From the NCBI GenBank assembly GCA_965225085.1, contig CBDDBE010000001.1:323641-376169 (forward strand): a stretch of DNA of 52,529 nt, given 5' to 3'. The stretch comes from an uncultured Candidatus Saccharibacteria bacterium (GTDB taxonomy: Bacteria; Patescibacteriota; Saccharimonadia; Saccharimonadales; EFPC-124). The position numbers and the translations under genes were made by a program. Below, piece by piece: positions 37,546-48,134 of the stretch (position 1 is the stretch's first letter; every line of letters starts with the position of its first letter). Below the pieces are notes generated by a model. It had not been told where the DNA came from. It saw only the letters and a program-made list of their open reading frames with translations, and ran no database searches.

Positions 37546-40052
37546 AGTGTTAGATTTGGTGTTCCTGTGTCTTGGCCAAGTGTTCCGTCGATACTGTCGT
37601 TCCATGAGCTGTCGATTGCGTTGTCTTTCATAAACATGCGGAACATGGTGAACTTGAAGTCAGGATTCATGCACCAGCGAGTGTCGATGTCAGTCGTGCC
37701 GTTGCCGCCAATGGTTTCCTGTAACTCAGCCTCACCCAGGCCGGAATCACCACCATCAGGACTGAGGGGTATCACCCCTTCAGAACAGCTGGCAAGATAT
37801 TTCTTGTAGTCATCGCTTTTGGGTGTGCCGTCAGCGTTGTTAACGTGGCCATTTGCGACCATCCATTTGTCTACGACATCTGCTTTATATTTGGGGTCGT
37901 CCAGGGTGGATGACTTCTCGCCTGGGATTGGAGTGCAAAAGGCATCAGTTGCTAAGTTCATCTGGATATAGTCTTCATCAGCGCAGTACTCGCCGCCTCG
38001 GTTGACGTCGCTTTGAGCGTTGACGCCGTGTGTCAGCAGCTGGCTAAATGATGAACCAAATAGGCTAAATGGCGAGGCGATGATGGAGGCAAGAGTTTGG
38101 GCAGTGTTTTGGCTGACTGGTGACGAAAGGACGGGGGCTAAGGCCATCGCGAATTGGTTTGTTATAGAGGTGGAGCTATCTAGCGAGAACGGGCTCTTGC
38201 CAAGGTTGTCGACTTGGTTCTGGAATGCCATGACCTTGTTGGATTCCATCTCGACCCCGGTTGCATCGTCATTCGACAGCATGCGGTCGCCGCTAACACC
38301 ACCGGCTACCTTGCCGAGCGCTCCGATGCCGGCCCCAAAGGCATTCCCCGCCCCATAGCCGCCCTCTGGGTCATTTGGATCGGGGGAAACCGTACCTGCA
38401 GCGTACTGTATAAGCATGGGCGTCACGTAGGCTGTCATGACAGAGAGTAGCATGCCAACCCCAGCACCGGCTACGAGCCCTACAACACTCAATGTACCGC
38501 CACTGAGTATGTCCGTACTGAGTCCAGCGATCAGTAGTGCAGCCTGTCCGTACCAGCTTTTGACCTGTTTGCAGGTGTCCCTGGTGGCGCCAAGTTGCTT
38601 GAGCTTTTGTTTGGTCTTCTGTAGGAAATTAAGGAAGCCTGTGCCGAGCGTCCAGCGTGCCAGCCCGCGATGGTCGTGAATTTTGCCCTGTGTGATCAGA
38701 TAGTAACCCTCAGACTGGAATGCGGTTTTGCCGTAAGAGTCCTTTGCTACACTAGGGGTGAAAAGGACTTTGCCTATTAATGCAATCTCTTGGGTGCCGC
38801 TTTGCCCCAGCCTTACCTTGTCGACTAAACTCATGATGAGGCCTGCGTATTTGATAAGTCCTCTGAACTTGTAGATTTTGGCGCCAAATTCGACTGCCCT
38901 TTCCAGCTGGTACACACTACATACTTTGTCGAAGGCAGATGCAATGCCGAATGCTGCACTTTTCAGGCCGTCTTTGAAGATGCCTTTGGCTACATCTACC
39001 TCCTTGTCAGCGCTTGCGTCGAGGTTTGTGGTGTCGGGTATAATGGACGGCCCTTCGCCGATAGCGATACGTTGTCGTTCCAGCGAGGCATCATCGAGGA
39101 TTTTTTGGTCGATGCCGTCAATTTTGGACGCATTCCCTTGCTTATCATCATCCGCGACAGAGGTTGCCTTGAGGTTAGGATTATCTTCACCGTATATATC
39201 TGATCTAAAGCTTTTGGTGCGTTCTTCGTCAGTATTTCCGGGGATTGATGATTTTCTGTTGATGCGAAATCTATCGAATAGACCTGAAAGGACTTGCTTT
39301 CCTCTGAGTAGCATTGATGACGGCTTAGCTATACTGTCCATTGTGGCCTTGAACTTCACATCTGATCCGTAGTGGTCGAGGAAGTTGTTGGCATCGACTT
39401 TTACAAGGTTGCCTCCTTCGCCGGTAAATGAGAGGGACTTGAGGAATTTACTCTTGCCGTCCTGACCAACTTCAGGGGTGAAACCTGCGCTTTTGAACTT
39501 ATCGATCTCTTTGTCGGATATGCCTTTGCCGCCAAATCGACATACGATGCCGCTGGTGCAGTTTTTGTCGGCCTGGAATAATTTTTTCTGTAGGACATTC
39601 CCTGTGCGTTGTTGGAACGAGCTGGTGGTGTTCTTGGGTCCCCATCTGCCCGATACTTCCCTTAGGTTTATGACGGCTTGGGAAAGAATGGCCGGCGCAC
39701 CAAAGAGGAATGCGATAACAGATGTGATAATTCCACCAGCAATCCATTGGTTGGCGCGTTTTTTGAGCATATTTTGCATGCTGAAGCGCCCCGGTTTCTT
39801 ACTGGGACCGCGAGGAGTTGATTTGTTGGTGACGTTGTTGTCCCAGCCGGGGGCGGATTCGCGTTCGGCAACGGGTCGGGTATCACGCGACCAGGCCTGG
39901 GCGCGGTCCATCGATGCGCGTTCGGCGGGGTTGTCTTGGCTGTTGGAATCGGTGTGGGCCAGGTCTTTTTCGTGTTGTTCAAAATCAAAATTTTTCTCGT
40001 ATTCGTCCTGTCCGGGATTGTTGCGCTGATTTTGATCTTGAAGTGTGGCCAT
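37542..40052 (-). CDS. Large hypothetical membrane protein of the T4SS locus
   Basis: 836 aa. N-terminal TM, Cys pairs and a central Gly-rich hydrophobic segment. Confidence 0.8.
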   Translation of the reverse strand: MATLQDQNQRNNPGQDEYEKNFDFEQHEKDLAHTDSNSQDNPAERASMDRAQAWSRDTRPVAERESAPGWDNNVTNKSTPRGPSKKPGRFSMQNMLKKRANQWIAGGIITSVIAFLFGAPAILSQAVINLREVSGRWGPKNTTSSFQQRTGNVLQKKLFQADKNCTSGIVCRFGGKGISDKEIDKFKSAGFTPEVGQDGKSKFLKSLSFTGEGGNLVKVDANNFLDHYGSDVKFKATMDSIAKPSSMLLRGKQVLSGLFDRFRINRKSSIPGNTDEERTKSFRSDIYGEDNPNLKATSVADDDKQGNASKIDGIDQKILDDASLERQRIAIGEGPSIIPDTTNLDASADKEVDVAKGIFKDGLKSAAFGIASAFDKVCSVYQLERAVEFGAKIYKFRGLIKYAGLIMSLVDKVRLGQSGTQEIALIGKVLFTPSVAKDSYGKTAFQSEGYYLITQGKIHDHRGLARWTLGTGFLNFLQKTKQKLKQLGATRDTCKQVKSWYGQAALLIAGLSTDILSGGTLSVVGLVAGAGVGMLLSVMTAYVTPMLIQYAAGTVSPDPNDPEGGYGAGNAFGAGIGALGKVAGGVSGDRMLSNDDATGVEMESNKVMAFQNQVDNLGKSPFSLDSSTSITNQFAMALAPVLSSPVSQNTAQTLASIIASPFSLFGSSFSQLLTHGVNAQSDVNRGGEYCADEDYIQMNLATDAFCTPIPGEKSSTLDDPKYKADVVDKWMVANGHVNNADGTPKSDDYKKYLASCSEGVIPLSPDGGDSGLGEAELQETIGGNGTTDIDTRWCMNPDFKFTMFRMFMKDNAIDSSWNDSIDGTLGQDTGTPNLTL

Positions 40053-40062
40053 ATCCTACCTA

Positions 40063-41994
40063 TTACCCCTGAAGCCCTGGTTGGTTTTGGGCAGCATCGG
40101 CAAATCCCTGGTCGTTCTGTGCTTGAAGTGGCTCGGCGGTTGGCTGCTGCTGGTACAGATTCTGCAGCTGTTGTAATTGCTGCGGATTAGTCGTGATAAG
40201 CGACGTTTCGGTTGGACTGGCGATGATTTGCATGTGTACATGGTTTTGACCGGCAAAGAATAGTCCCTGCCCCACTGGGAATTGGGCTAGGCGCTTCTTC
40301 TCCTCATCAGTTAATTTAAACACCTCGGCCAGCACGTCTACGGCTGATGTCGATTGTTTTAATAATAACTGCATAGAAGCATTAGCGACAATAGCTCGGC
40401 CCATTTTACTGCCCATAAAGTCCTCGACGTCCTGGGTGATGGTCGTCAGCCCCAGGAAATATTTGCGCGCACGCTTGGCTAGGCTGAACAAGAAGTTGGC
40501 AGAATCATCGTATTTCATCAGCTGCCAGGCCTCGTCCACGATTAGTAGGCGCTTGCGCTGGTCGGCGCGTGTTTTGTTCCAGATGTAGCTCAGTACGATG
40601 TACATAGCCACAGGTCGCAACTCGTCCTCGAGGTCGCGAATGTTGAACACGACCATAGAGTTGTTGATGTCGACGTTACTTTGCTGGCTGAAGATGCCGG
40701 CAAATGTGCCAGTGGTGTATTTACGAAGGCGTTGAGCCAGCTGTGGGCCGGTGCCGGACATGTGCAGCAGCGTTTCATACAGGTCGGCGATGGTTGGTGG
40801 CACGGAGTTGTGCGTCAATGGGTCACTGGTAATGCCAGCTCGAGCATAGGTGTCGATCAGCGCTTGGTCCAGGTCGGCTTCTTCGACGGGGTTGAGTGCT
40901 GGCATAGCGATGCCATTTTGGGCCATCTGGGCGCCGCCCATCATCAGGCGCAGCAGGCCATGCAAAGTAATGAGGTTGGCGCGCAGGGCATCCTCGGCCT
41001 CTTCATTTTCGATAACTCGGGGTAGATCAAATGGATTGATGCGGGTCTCGGAATTGAGCGCCAGGCGGATGTAGCTGCCGCCGACGGCTTCGCACAGGCG
41101 CTGATACTCATTCTCTGGGTCGATAATAATAATCTCGGCGCCCATCATCATGCTGCGCATGGCTTCTAGCTTGACGGTGAATGACTTACCAGCACCAGAC
41201 TTGGCAAAGACGACCATGTTGGCGTTCTCGAGGCTGAACCGGTCAAAGATAACCAGGCCGTTGTTGTGCATGTTGATGCCGTACAGCACGCCCTTTTCCT
41301 GAGTTAGGTCGGCACTAGTGAACGGAAAGCTGGTGCTAATTGCGCCGGTGTTCATGTTGTGGCGAATCTGCAACTGGTCGGTCATTTGCGGCACGATCGA
41401 GTTGAGGCTTTGCTCCATCTGGCTGCTGGCGACCTTACTAAAGACCAGCTGTTGCCCCAGAATGGTCTCGATCTTGTGCTGCACAAAGGCTAGCTCGTCC
41501 AAGCTATCGCCATACACTGTGATGTACAAGCCAAAACGGAAAAATCGCTCGGCGCCGACCTGCAACTGGTCGCGTAATTCCTCGGCGTCCTGGATGGCCG
41601 CCTCCAGGCCCGGGTCGCGCACCTTGCCGCGTTCTTGGTTGATGGCGATGCTAGCTTCTAGCTGGCCGACCTTTTTGCGCAGGTTGTTCAGCACCACTTG
41701 GCTCTCGATTGGGTAGATAAACATACTGACGTCGATAACTTCGTCGATATTGATGATGGGGCTCAACCAACCGGTGTAGATTTGCCGCGGATAGCCGTAT
41801 ACATAAATAGTTCGGGCGTAGCGTGTGCCCAGTCGGAAATACCCAGCCTGAATCTCGAGTGAGCTTGGCGCAATGATATCCCGCAGCGTGGTGATACCGC
41901 GCAGAAATTCCTGTTCGATTTCCTGCTGTTCGCGTTGTCGTTGCTGCTCGGCAATAGTAATCGGGTCGCTTTTTTTGCCGCCAAATAATGCCAT
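40063..41994 (-). CDS. virB4: VirB4-like T4SS ATPase
   Basis: Walker A AKSGAGKS, IIDPENEY, INPFD, Walker B LLIVDEAW, RARKY and ITQ motifs. Confidence 0.9.
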   Translation of the reverse strand: MALFGGKKSDPITIAEQQRQREQQEIEQEFLRGITTLRDIIAPSSLEIQAGYFRLGTRYARTIYVYGYPRQIYTGWLSPIINIDEVIDVSMFIYPIESQVVLNNLRKKVGQLEASIAINQERGKVRDPGLEAAIQDAEELRDQLQVGAERFFRFGLYITVYGDSLDELAFVQHKIETILGQQLVFSKVASSQMEQSLNSIVPQMTDQLQIRHNMNTGAISTSFPFTSADLTQEKGVLYGINMHNNGLVIFDRFSLENANMVVFAKSGAGKSFTVKLEAMRSMMMGAEIIIIDPENEYQRLCEAVGGSYIRLALNSETRINPFDLPRVIENEEAEDALRANLITLHGLLRLMMGGAQMAQNGIAMPALNPVEEADLDQALIDTYARAGITSDPLTHNSVPPTIADLYETLLHMSGTGPQLAQRLRKYTTGTFAGIFSQQSNVDINNSMVVFNIRDLEDELRPVAMYIVLSYIWNKTRADQRKRLLIVDEAWQLMKYDDSANFLFSLAKRARKYFLGLTTITQDVEDFMGSKMGRAIVANASMQLLLKQSTSAVDVLAEVFKLTDEEKKRLAQFPVGQGLFFAGQNHVHMQIIASPTETSLITTNPQQLQQLQNLYQQQPTAEPLQAQNDQGFADAAQNQPGLQG

Positions 41995-42927
41995 CTACGT
42001 AATCTCCCTATCTAGGTGCGGCTGCGGCGCTTGTCCTTGTCCTTTGGTGATAATTGGCGCGTTCAGATTGTTGAAGTCACCTAGCGGTTCGCGCACGGCC
42101 GTATCAGGGTTGTACACGCTATAGTACAGCTCGCCCAGCTCCTTTGTGCTCAGCTGCGTACTGCGGATGCCTATTTGCATCAGCCCATTTATGACTGTTT
42201 GAACGCGATTACGGACTTCGTCTTTGGATTTGTTGTAGGTAACTTCGTCGATTTTGATGCGCTGCTGCTGCGTGCCGCCAAACAGACTGCCCAGCATGTT
42301 GGTGCTTTGCTTGACGGCGCTGCCGACATCCCCCATCGGATAGTATGGGATGGTAATGAAGAAGTCCTTGTCCATGATGTTCGTCTCTTGCGCTAGCGCC
42401 GCGATAAAGCTAATGTAATCATCCATCAGCACGCCCAGCAGCATGTTATCTTGGTCCCGTCGGATTCGGTCCAGCAGGTCCAGGTACGGGCCAATGTCGA
42501 CTTTTTGCGAGCGGATGAGGATTTGGATAGGAAAATACAGCGAATTCAGGAAGTTCTGATAACTAAACTCTACCGCCTCGCGTTCGCGGTCGCTCATGAG
42601 ATCAAAGTTGATGGACTGGCAGGCAATCACGGCGCGCATACTACCGTCGTTCATGATGGTCATTTGATCGCGTAGCTCGGCAATCAGCAGTGAGTTTTGC
42701 GAGCTATTTGGGTTGCGTGGGGGTGGCTGTGGGAGGCCTTTTTGGATACCTCCAACAGTAGCCGTCGCCGCTGGGCGGGCGGGTGCTATGGGCGCTGACG
42801 GCTGAAATGCCGCGGGCAGTGTCGGGTCTCCGACATTTGGCAATGGCGAAGCGCCAGGCGCAAATGCCCCCGGTTGCGGCTGCTCAGCTGGTATTGGTTG
42901 CTGAAAATCTGGTTGCTGCGGTTGCAT
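41995..42927 (-). CDS. T4SS-associated protein resembling a VirB4/TraC N-terminal-like domain, with Pro/Gln-rich N-terminus
   Basis: SINFDL.S..E.E, FLNSL.FPIQI.IRS and YNP motifs; between prgI and virB4. Confidence 0.7.
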   Translation of the reverse strand: MQPQQPDFQQPIPAEQPQPGAFAPGASPLPNVGDPTLPAAFQPSAPIAPARPAATATVGGIQKGLPQPPPRNPNSSQNSLLIAELRDQMTIMNDGSMRAVIACQSINFDLMSDREREAVEFSYQNFLNSLYFPIQILIRSQKVDIGPYLDLLDRIRRDQDNMLLGVLMDDYISFIAALAQETNIMDKDFFITIPYYPMGDVGSAVKQSTNMLGSLFGGTQQQRIKIDEVTYNKSKDEVRNRVQTVINGLMQIGIRSTQLSTKELGELYYSVYNPDTAVREPLGDFNNLNAPIITKGQGQAPQPHLDREIT

Positions 42928-42968
42928 ATGCAACTATCCGCCCATCTGTTACCTTTAGATTGACACTC

Positions 42969-43943
42969 CTAGTGGAGTTGAATAACTACCTCACCCTCAT
43001 CGCCTTCCTCTAGGCGATGCGCCTCCCTGGCTATCGTACTGATGCTCAGGTCGTTGTTACTTGCAAGCCTCATTATATCAGGCGAAACGGCCTGTGTCAG
43101 TGGCTTCGCTGGCTTTGGCTCCTCAAATTTTTGCACAGGGCGCAATTGGTCCTCATACGCATTTGGTTCGGGGATGTGGTAGGGCTGGACGACCTTTTGG
43201 TGCATAGAGTTTGGATATGGATTGAAGCGTGGCGGTGGCGAACCTGGACCAGCTGCGGCAGGTGTCGCGACATCTCGACTGGGTTGGAACTGTCGGCTCA
43301 GGACGTCCTCGGTCGGACCGGCTGCTGGCAAGGCTGGCACGCTAGGCTGAGCGGCTGTCTGGCGCATGCGCTGCATTACCTCTTGGCGGTTCGCCTCGCT
43401 CTTCTTGGCGAGCAACGTGTCGAATGACTTGGCTATGTCGGCATGGTCGTCCATGATGTCGAATGCGCCGGCAGCCTCGGCGGCAACACCAGGTGCTACG
43501 CTGTCGCTGATCTTGCTGACGCCCTTCAGTGACCAACCACGGCTGTCCATCACTCGCGCCAAGTAGTCTAAGCGCTGTTGGGCCGTCTCTTGGTCGAAGT
43601 CCTTGGTCAGCGAGTATTCCTGCGTGGTTGGCGCCGTAATGTCGATATGACTGGCCGCGCCCTCTGGGTCCCACATGCGCCGCTTGGGCTTCAGGTAGAA
43701 CCGCACAATCGCCAGCATGTACGTTTCCATCGGCTGGTCCTTGCGGATCGGCAGCGCCAGCGCGCCAAACAGTATGATAATCGGCAGCGGAATAATGATA
43801 AGCCCAATAAAAATTTGCGCAAGTATAAATGCCACAAACCCCGAGATCGCCACCACAATCAGGTAAATAAACTGGCGAAAGCTAAACGGGCCGATCAGCT
43901 TGTCTTCGGCCTCTACATCCTGCGGAACTTTGTATACTGCCAC
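42969..43943 (-). CDS. PrgI-family (VirB3-like) membrane protein
   Basis: YKVPQDVEAEDKLIGPFSFRQF plus two TM segments and P.RR.W. GTG start at 43943. Confidence 0.85.
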   Translation of the reverse strand: MAVYKVPQDVEAEDKLIGPFSFRQFIYLIVVAISGFVAFILAQIFIGLIIIPLPIIILFGALALPIRKDQPMETYMLAIVRFYLKPKRRMWDPEGAASHIDITAPTTQEYSLTKDFDQETAQQRLDYLARVMDSRGWSLKGVSKISDSVAPGVAAEAAGAFDIMDDHADIAKSFDTLLAKKSEANRQEVMQRMRQTAAQPSVPALPAAGPTEDVLSRQFQPSRDVATPAAAGPGSPPPRFNPYPNSMHQKVVQPYHIPEPNAYEDQLRPVQKFEEPKPAKPLTQAVSPDIMRLASNNDLSISTIAREAHRLEEGDEGEVVIQLH

Positions 43944-43982
43944 GATTCTATTATGCCACACCAGCCCCCGCCGTCACCCCTC

Positions 43983-44041
43983 AAAACGAAAAACAGGCCC
44001 AACCCCCCTGCTGCCGCGTGTGCGGGCTGGGGAGTTGGGCC
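43983..44041 (-). terminator. Intrinsic terminator of cassette 4
   Basis: Minus-strand stem GGCCCAACTCC / GGGGTTGGGCC followed by TGTTTTTCGTTTT. Confidence 0.75.
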
Positions 44042-44048
44042 GGGTCGC

Positions 44049-44547
44049 CTAGTCGGGCGGAAGCGGAAGGTCGTACTTCCGGATCAGCTCGATCATGAGG
44101 AGCTGGAAGGGCTCCAGGTGTGCCCTAAGAGCTTGAGAGCTCGCCACGGGGATTATTGGGGTCTTGGTTGGGGTATGCTTCCGCGCCTGGGGCGTAAAAG
44201 AGGTAACCATTCCCCCTACGTATCCTCCAAGGTCCAGATCGCCCTCCTGAGTAGTCATGGCCGCCAGGGCTATGCGTTTCAATACCCCAGGCTTCAGCAC
44301 TTTCTTGTATGCTGAGCCCATAGCGACTCGTGTAGCCGGTTAGGCTTAGCTGAGACTCGTGGTACCATCCTCGGCCCCGATGGCCTCCGATGATCGGGAT
44401 TTCCTGAAGTCCAGGTCGACCCCTGTGATGCAGTTCTCTTACGACATGTTCAACTGCGGCATCGGCGCGAACGTATGCGGCACGAACTGCTTGCCGTTCG
44501 TCGTCCTCGCTGATATGACTGCGAGCTACATCTTCCCATGATCGCAC
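44049..44547 (-). pseudogene. Cassette 4: hypothetical gene, probably frameshifted (overlapping ORFs 44125-44547 and 44049-44321)
   Basis: Promoter TTGCTT-17-TATCCT, then AAAGGA before GTG 44547. The stop next to the terminator belongs to the other frame. Confidence 0.45.
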
Positions 44548-44693
44548 GTGCCATTCCTTTCTCTCATCTAGAACAGGCAGAGTGCTACAACTTTAGCTCT
44601 GTCGAATACCTTGGGCGACGTCAGGATAGCATAAGCTGCCTTAACAAGCAAGATTCTATCACGCACTGACCCTGGGCGAAATCCAGCGCTACG

Positions 44694-47600
44694 CTACGGT
44701 GTGGGGTGGGTTGAGGAGTGAGTATAGCCCATTTGCGTTCGCATGGTCTCTCGCATATTTCTCAGGGAATCTGAACCTTCAGATCGGGCAAGTGTGTTCG
44801 GGTTATTAACAATTTCGTCTAGTCGATCGAACATCTTTTGACGGGCAGTGTCGCTTAGGCTGTTAAAGGCATTGGCCGCAATTGTGTAGTTGTCTTTTTC
44901 TGCCTGGGGTGCGTTAGCCGGTGGAGCCCCACCCTGTATTCTTGTGATCATAGCTTCTGTGTCGCCAAGGAGCCCCGCCTTCATACCGGCGATGCTGTTC
45001 GCACCGGAGTCAGCTATAGCCGCCATACGCTGTCTGGCCATTATCGTCTTGGCCTCAACGGGGTCGGTAACCGGAACTCGTGCAGCCTGTGCTGGATCCC
45101 TGGTAATCTGACCGGCAGCGTCAAGCATGTCGCCATTTGCGTTTGTACGCGGTTTTGTCATACGAGTGGCTGCCAGGTCAAATTGAGTTGCGAGGTGATA
45201 ACCACCCTTTTCTTTCAGCTTGCCATCGTTACGACGAATAATGTCGTCGAGAGTTAGCTGGTCTCGTTCGTCCGTGTATCTTAGACGGGCTGCTTCAATA
45301 GCCTTGACCTCGCCTTGGCTAGCGGCTGAGTTTAAGAGCGCACGTTGGAATTGACCACCCTCTGTTGCGAAGTTGAATGTGTGACCATTCGAGCCGGTAA
45401 AAGTTTGGTTGGCCGTGTTGGTCGGATCCTCTAGGTATTTACCGATTGCACCAGCAAAGGTCTTCTGGTTCGTTCCCAGCTCGCGCATCTTTGCATCCAG
45501 CAGTGACATTTCAGAATCGATATCCTCGGCACGGCCTTTCGCAGCAACATTAGCGGCTCCGGCTGCCGCACGGGTACGACCGGCCTGCCCAGCTACGCCA
45601 GCTGCACGTGCCTGCATGCCGATGAGTGGCGTGGTGCTGTTTGCCATGGCCTCGGCAATGTATTCCTGCTGAGTGTGCTGGAGGTTGCGTTCACGGGTTT
45701 CGCGGACAGCTTTGCGGCGCAGGCCAAAGCCTGCCGCTTGCCCGACGCCGATTCTGTTTGCAAACTTGTTGGTGGCAAGGCGCATCTGGCCTTCCTTGCC
45801 CAGGCGTGCGGTACCTTCCTTGACCTGCGAGGTGCGTGGTTGAATAACCCTGCCGCGGGCAAGGCCGTATGCTCGGTTCATGAGCGAGCCAGAGGCAGCA
45901 AAGACAAACGGTACGCCGGCGAGCGGAATGACGTATGCAAAGAACTGTAGGATGATCCGCGCGGCCTGTTCGGCCTGGCCGGTAAGTCCGGTCAACGTGA
46001 GCGATCCAGGTTGTAGCAGGATGCCAAATATTTTGCCCGCGGCAAATAGCAGCACGATGATTGGATACATAATGAGCAGCTGCATAAGCGTTTTGCGCCA
46101 TTTGTTAAAGTAATTCTCGGTGTTGGGCAGCATATACATCAGGATGGCAATGGGCGACAGAATGACCAGCACGATGATGGCCATTTGCCGTATAACCAGT
46201 ATAAATACCACCACGACTATGACGACAAATGCCAACCCAATAACCGAGAAAAGCCAGCCAATTACAGCCCCGCCCACCGATATAATAGCCAAAAGCCCAA
46301 CAGTGCCCAGCGTCCAAATGCTGGCGGCACTGGCAGTGGTGCCGAAGTTTTGCTGTTGAGTCTGCGCCTGAGTTAGCGCTGCTACGACCAGCGCCGATAT
46401 GCCCGCGCCAAATATATTGAACGCGTCTATTATAATTGCCACGATAAAGTACGACAGGTTGACGCCAATAACTACCAACCCCATTTTGGGCAAGATGCGT
46501 TTGATGCCGTAGTTGCTAATGCCGATGCTGGTGGCCTGCGAGAATATGACAAAGAAGAAGAACAGAATAAACCCGACATTCGCCACATTGCGGATATCTT
46601 GCCACAGGATGTACGTGGGGTTCTGGGCATTTGTAGTCAACGGCGATACCGTCATGAATGGAACAATGATGCTGTTTTCGAAGAAGTTACTAGCCTCTGC
46701 CATCAACTGGACTAGTGGGCACAAAATCCATGCCGCCGCGCCTGCCAGCCCGGTACCGGTTGTGCAGACTTTGTCGGTAGCACCCTTGCCTGGTGCCTGA
46801 CCAGGGATGACCGAGCCAGCGGTAGCGCCAAATGTAATATAGACAGGAGCTGGAATGCCAGGATTCTTGACGAAGAGCACACAGGCCTTGAAGTTGTCAC
46901 TACAGGCTACGTATAGCCCGGCTTTGACGTTGGTAAATGAGCCAGTCCAGGCCTGCTCGTTGCCGCCGCCCGGGCCTTTGCCGTCCTGGAGCGATGTAAT
47001 ATTGCTGCTGGTAACGGGGACTCCGTACAGCGCGCTGGGCTTGTGGGCAATGCAGTCCGACATGAGCGAGTCGATGTTGTTTGCATAACTTCCTTGTGCG
47101 GCACACAGCACGAACATGTCCTTGGGTGGGAGGTTGCTGTAATCGCTTGCTTGACCCATGCCTGCCGTGACATTGACGATTTGGGCCTTGGGGTCGTCGG
47201 TGCCACCTGCTGGACCGCGATTGTTGACGCTCCCGATAGCGATTGCATTTAGTGACAGGGTTGCTGCGCCGGTTTGGGGGTCCTGAACCAGGCCGGCAAT
47301 GTTGTTTTTGAGCGTGGCCTGCGAGCACGTAGACGGCGCGCTGGTCGTAAACACAAGGTTGCCCTTGCTGTAGTCAATGACCCCACTAGTATCTGCAAAG
47401 ATGTTGAGCGTCATAGAGGCCGAACAGCCAAACGACATAAGTACGGGACCGTTCGATGATGCGACGAATGTTTGAGTTCCGGTGGGCGCACCTACTACGT
47501 TGGCCACGAAGTTGCCTGTTACGGCAATGGGGCCAGTGACAGCACTGCCACCGAATTTAACATTGGTGGCGTCAACCCAGTCTAGTTGAACGGTGCTGGC

Positions 47601-47705
47601 CGCGTGTGCGGGCGCGGCGGCAACGAGCCCCAGTATTACGCCAAAGAAGCCGACCAAAAGTCCGCCAGTGATTCCCTTGATCCGATCAAGATACGATATA
47701 GCCAT
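44694..47705 (-). CDS. VirB6/TrbL-like polytopic T4SS protein with large N-terminal extracellular domain
   Basis: Signal peptide, WILCP, W..IRNVAN, R...I..L..LSPIA...LPNTE..F.KW, and YP motifs; long C-terminal tail. Confidence 0.8.
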   Translation of the reverse strand: MAISYLDRIKGITGGLLVGFFGVILGLVAAAPAHAASTVQLDWVDATNVKFGGSAVTGPIAVTGNFVANVVGAPTGTQTFVASSNGPVLMSFGCSASMTLNIFADTSGVIDYSKGNLVFTTSAPSTCSQATLKNNIAGLVQDPQTGAATLSLNAIAIGSVNNRGPAGGTDDPKAQIVNVTAGMGQASDYSNLPPKDMFVLCAAQGSYANNIDSLMSDCIAHKPSALYGVPVTSSNITSLQDGKGPGGGNEQAWTGSFTNVKAGLYVACSDNFKACVLFVKNPGIPAPVYITFGATAGSVIPGQAPGKGATDKVCTTGTGLAGAAAWILCPLVQLMAEASNFFENSIIVPFMTVSPLTTNAQNPTYILWQDIRNVANVGFILFFFFVIFSQATSIGISNYGIKRILPKMGLVVIGVNLSYFIVAIIIDAFNIFGAGISALVVAALTQAQTQQQNFGTTASAASIWTLGTVGLLAIISVGGAVIGWLFSVIGLAFVVIVVVVFILVIRQMAIIVLVILSPIAILMYMLPNTENYFNKWRKTLMQLLIMYPIIVLLFAAGKIFGILLQPGSLTLTGLTGQAEQAARIILQFFAYVIPLAGVPFVFAASGSLMNRAYGLARGRVIQPRTSQVKEGTARLGKEGQMRLATNKFANRIGVGQAAGFGLRRKAVRETRERNLQHTQQEYIAEAMANSTTPLIGMQARAAGVAGQAGRTRAAAGAANVAAKGRAEDIDSEMSLLDAKMRELGTNQKTFAGAIGKYLEDPTNTANQTFTGSNGHTFNFATEGGQFQRALLNSAASQGEVKAIEAARLRYTDERDQLTLDDIIRRNDGKLKEKGGYHLATQFDLAATRMTKPRTNANGDMLDAAGQITRDPAQAARVPVTDPVEAKTIMARQRMAAIADSGANSIAGMKAGLLGDTEAMITRIQGGAPPANAPQAEKDNYTIAANAFNSLSDTARQKMFDRLDEIVNNPNTLARSEGSDSLRNMRETMRTQMGYTHSSTHPTP

Positions 47706-48134
47706 ATACTGTTGCCCCCTGTTTCTGCGCCGCGTGCGGCTAGGATACGTTCATTATAACGAAGCGCAGCGGGTTTGGACAGTAGAGTCGGCAAGGTGAT
47801 GTATATTTTGCAATGATGCCAAAATAAAGTGCAACATTTGCCCCAGAAAGGCTTGCATGACGCCACGCAGACGTGGTACTATCCCCTGCGTGTTCTTGCT
47901 GGGTGGCAAAGCTTTCGTCGTTGGCGCGGTCGTCGGCTTTGCCTCCAGTAACACATTCTTAGCTAGGGTTAGGTGCTTGAGCAGTCTTTAACTGTTTTTC
48001 TAGTCTATTATATATTCGAAATAACGCAAGCTGGCAATGCCAGTTTTTTGTTTGAGTTGGTTCTAGACAATGGACACGATGTACAATTAATGGTATAGTA
48101 TATGTATCGACCCTCGAGTGAAAGGCAGCACTAA

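Noticed and set aside
47754-47954. 66-aa ORF upstream of virB6-like
   Set aside because: No recognisable motif or convincing RBS. It could be real but cannot be supported from sequence.
48030-48053. Small hairpin GCTGGC-aat-GCCAGT plus T-run
   Set aside because: Terminator-like, but the stem is short and no + strand gene lies upstream.
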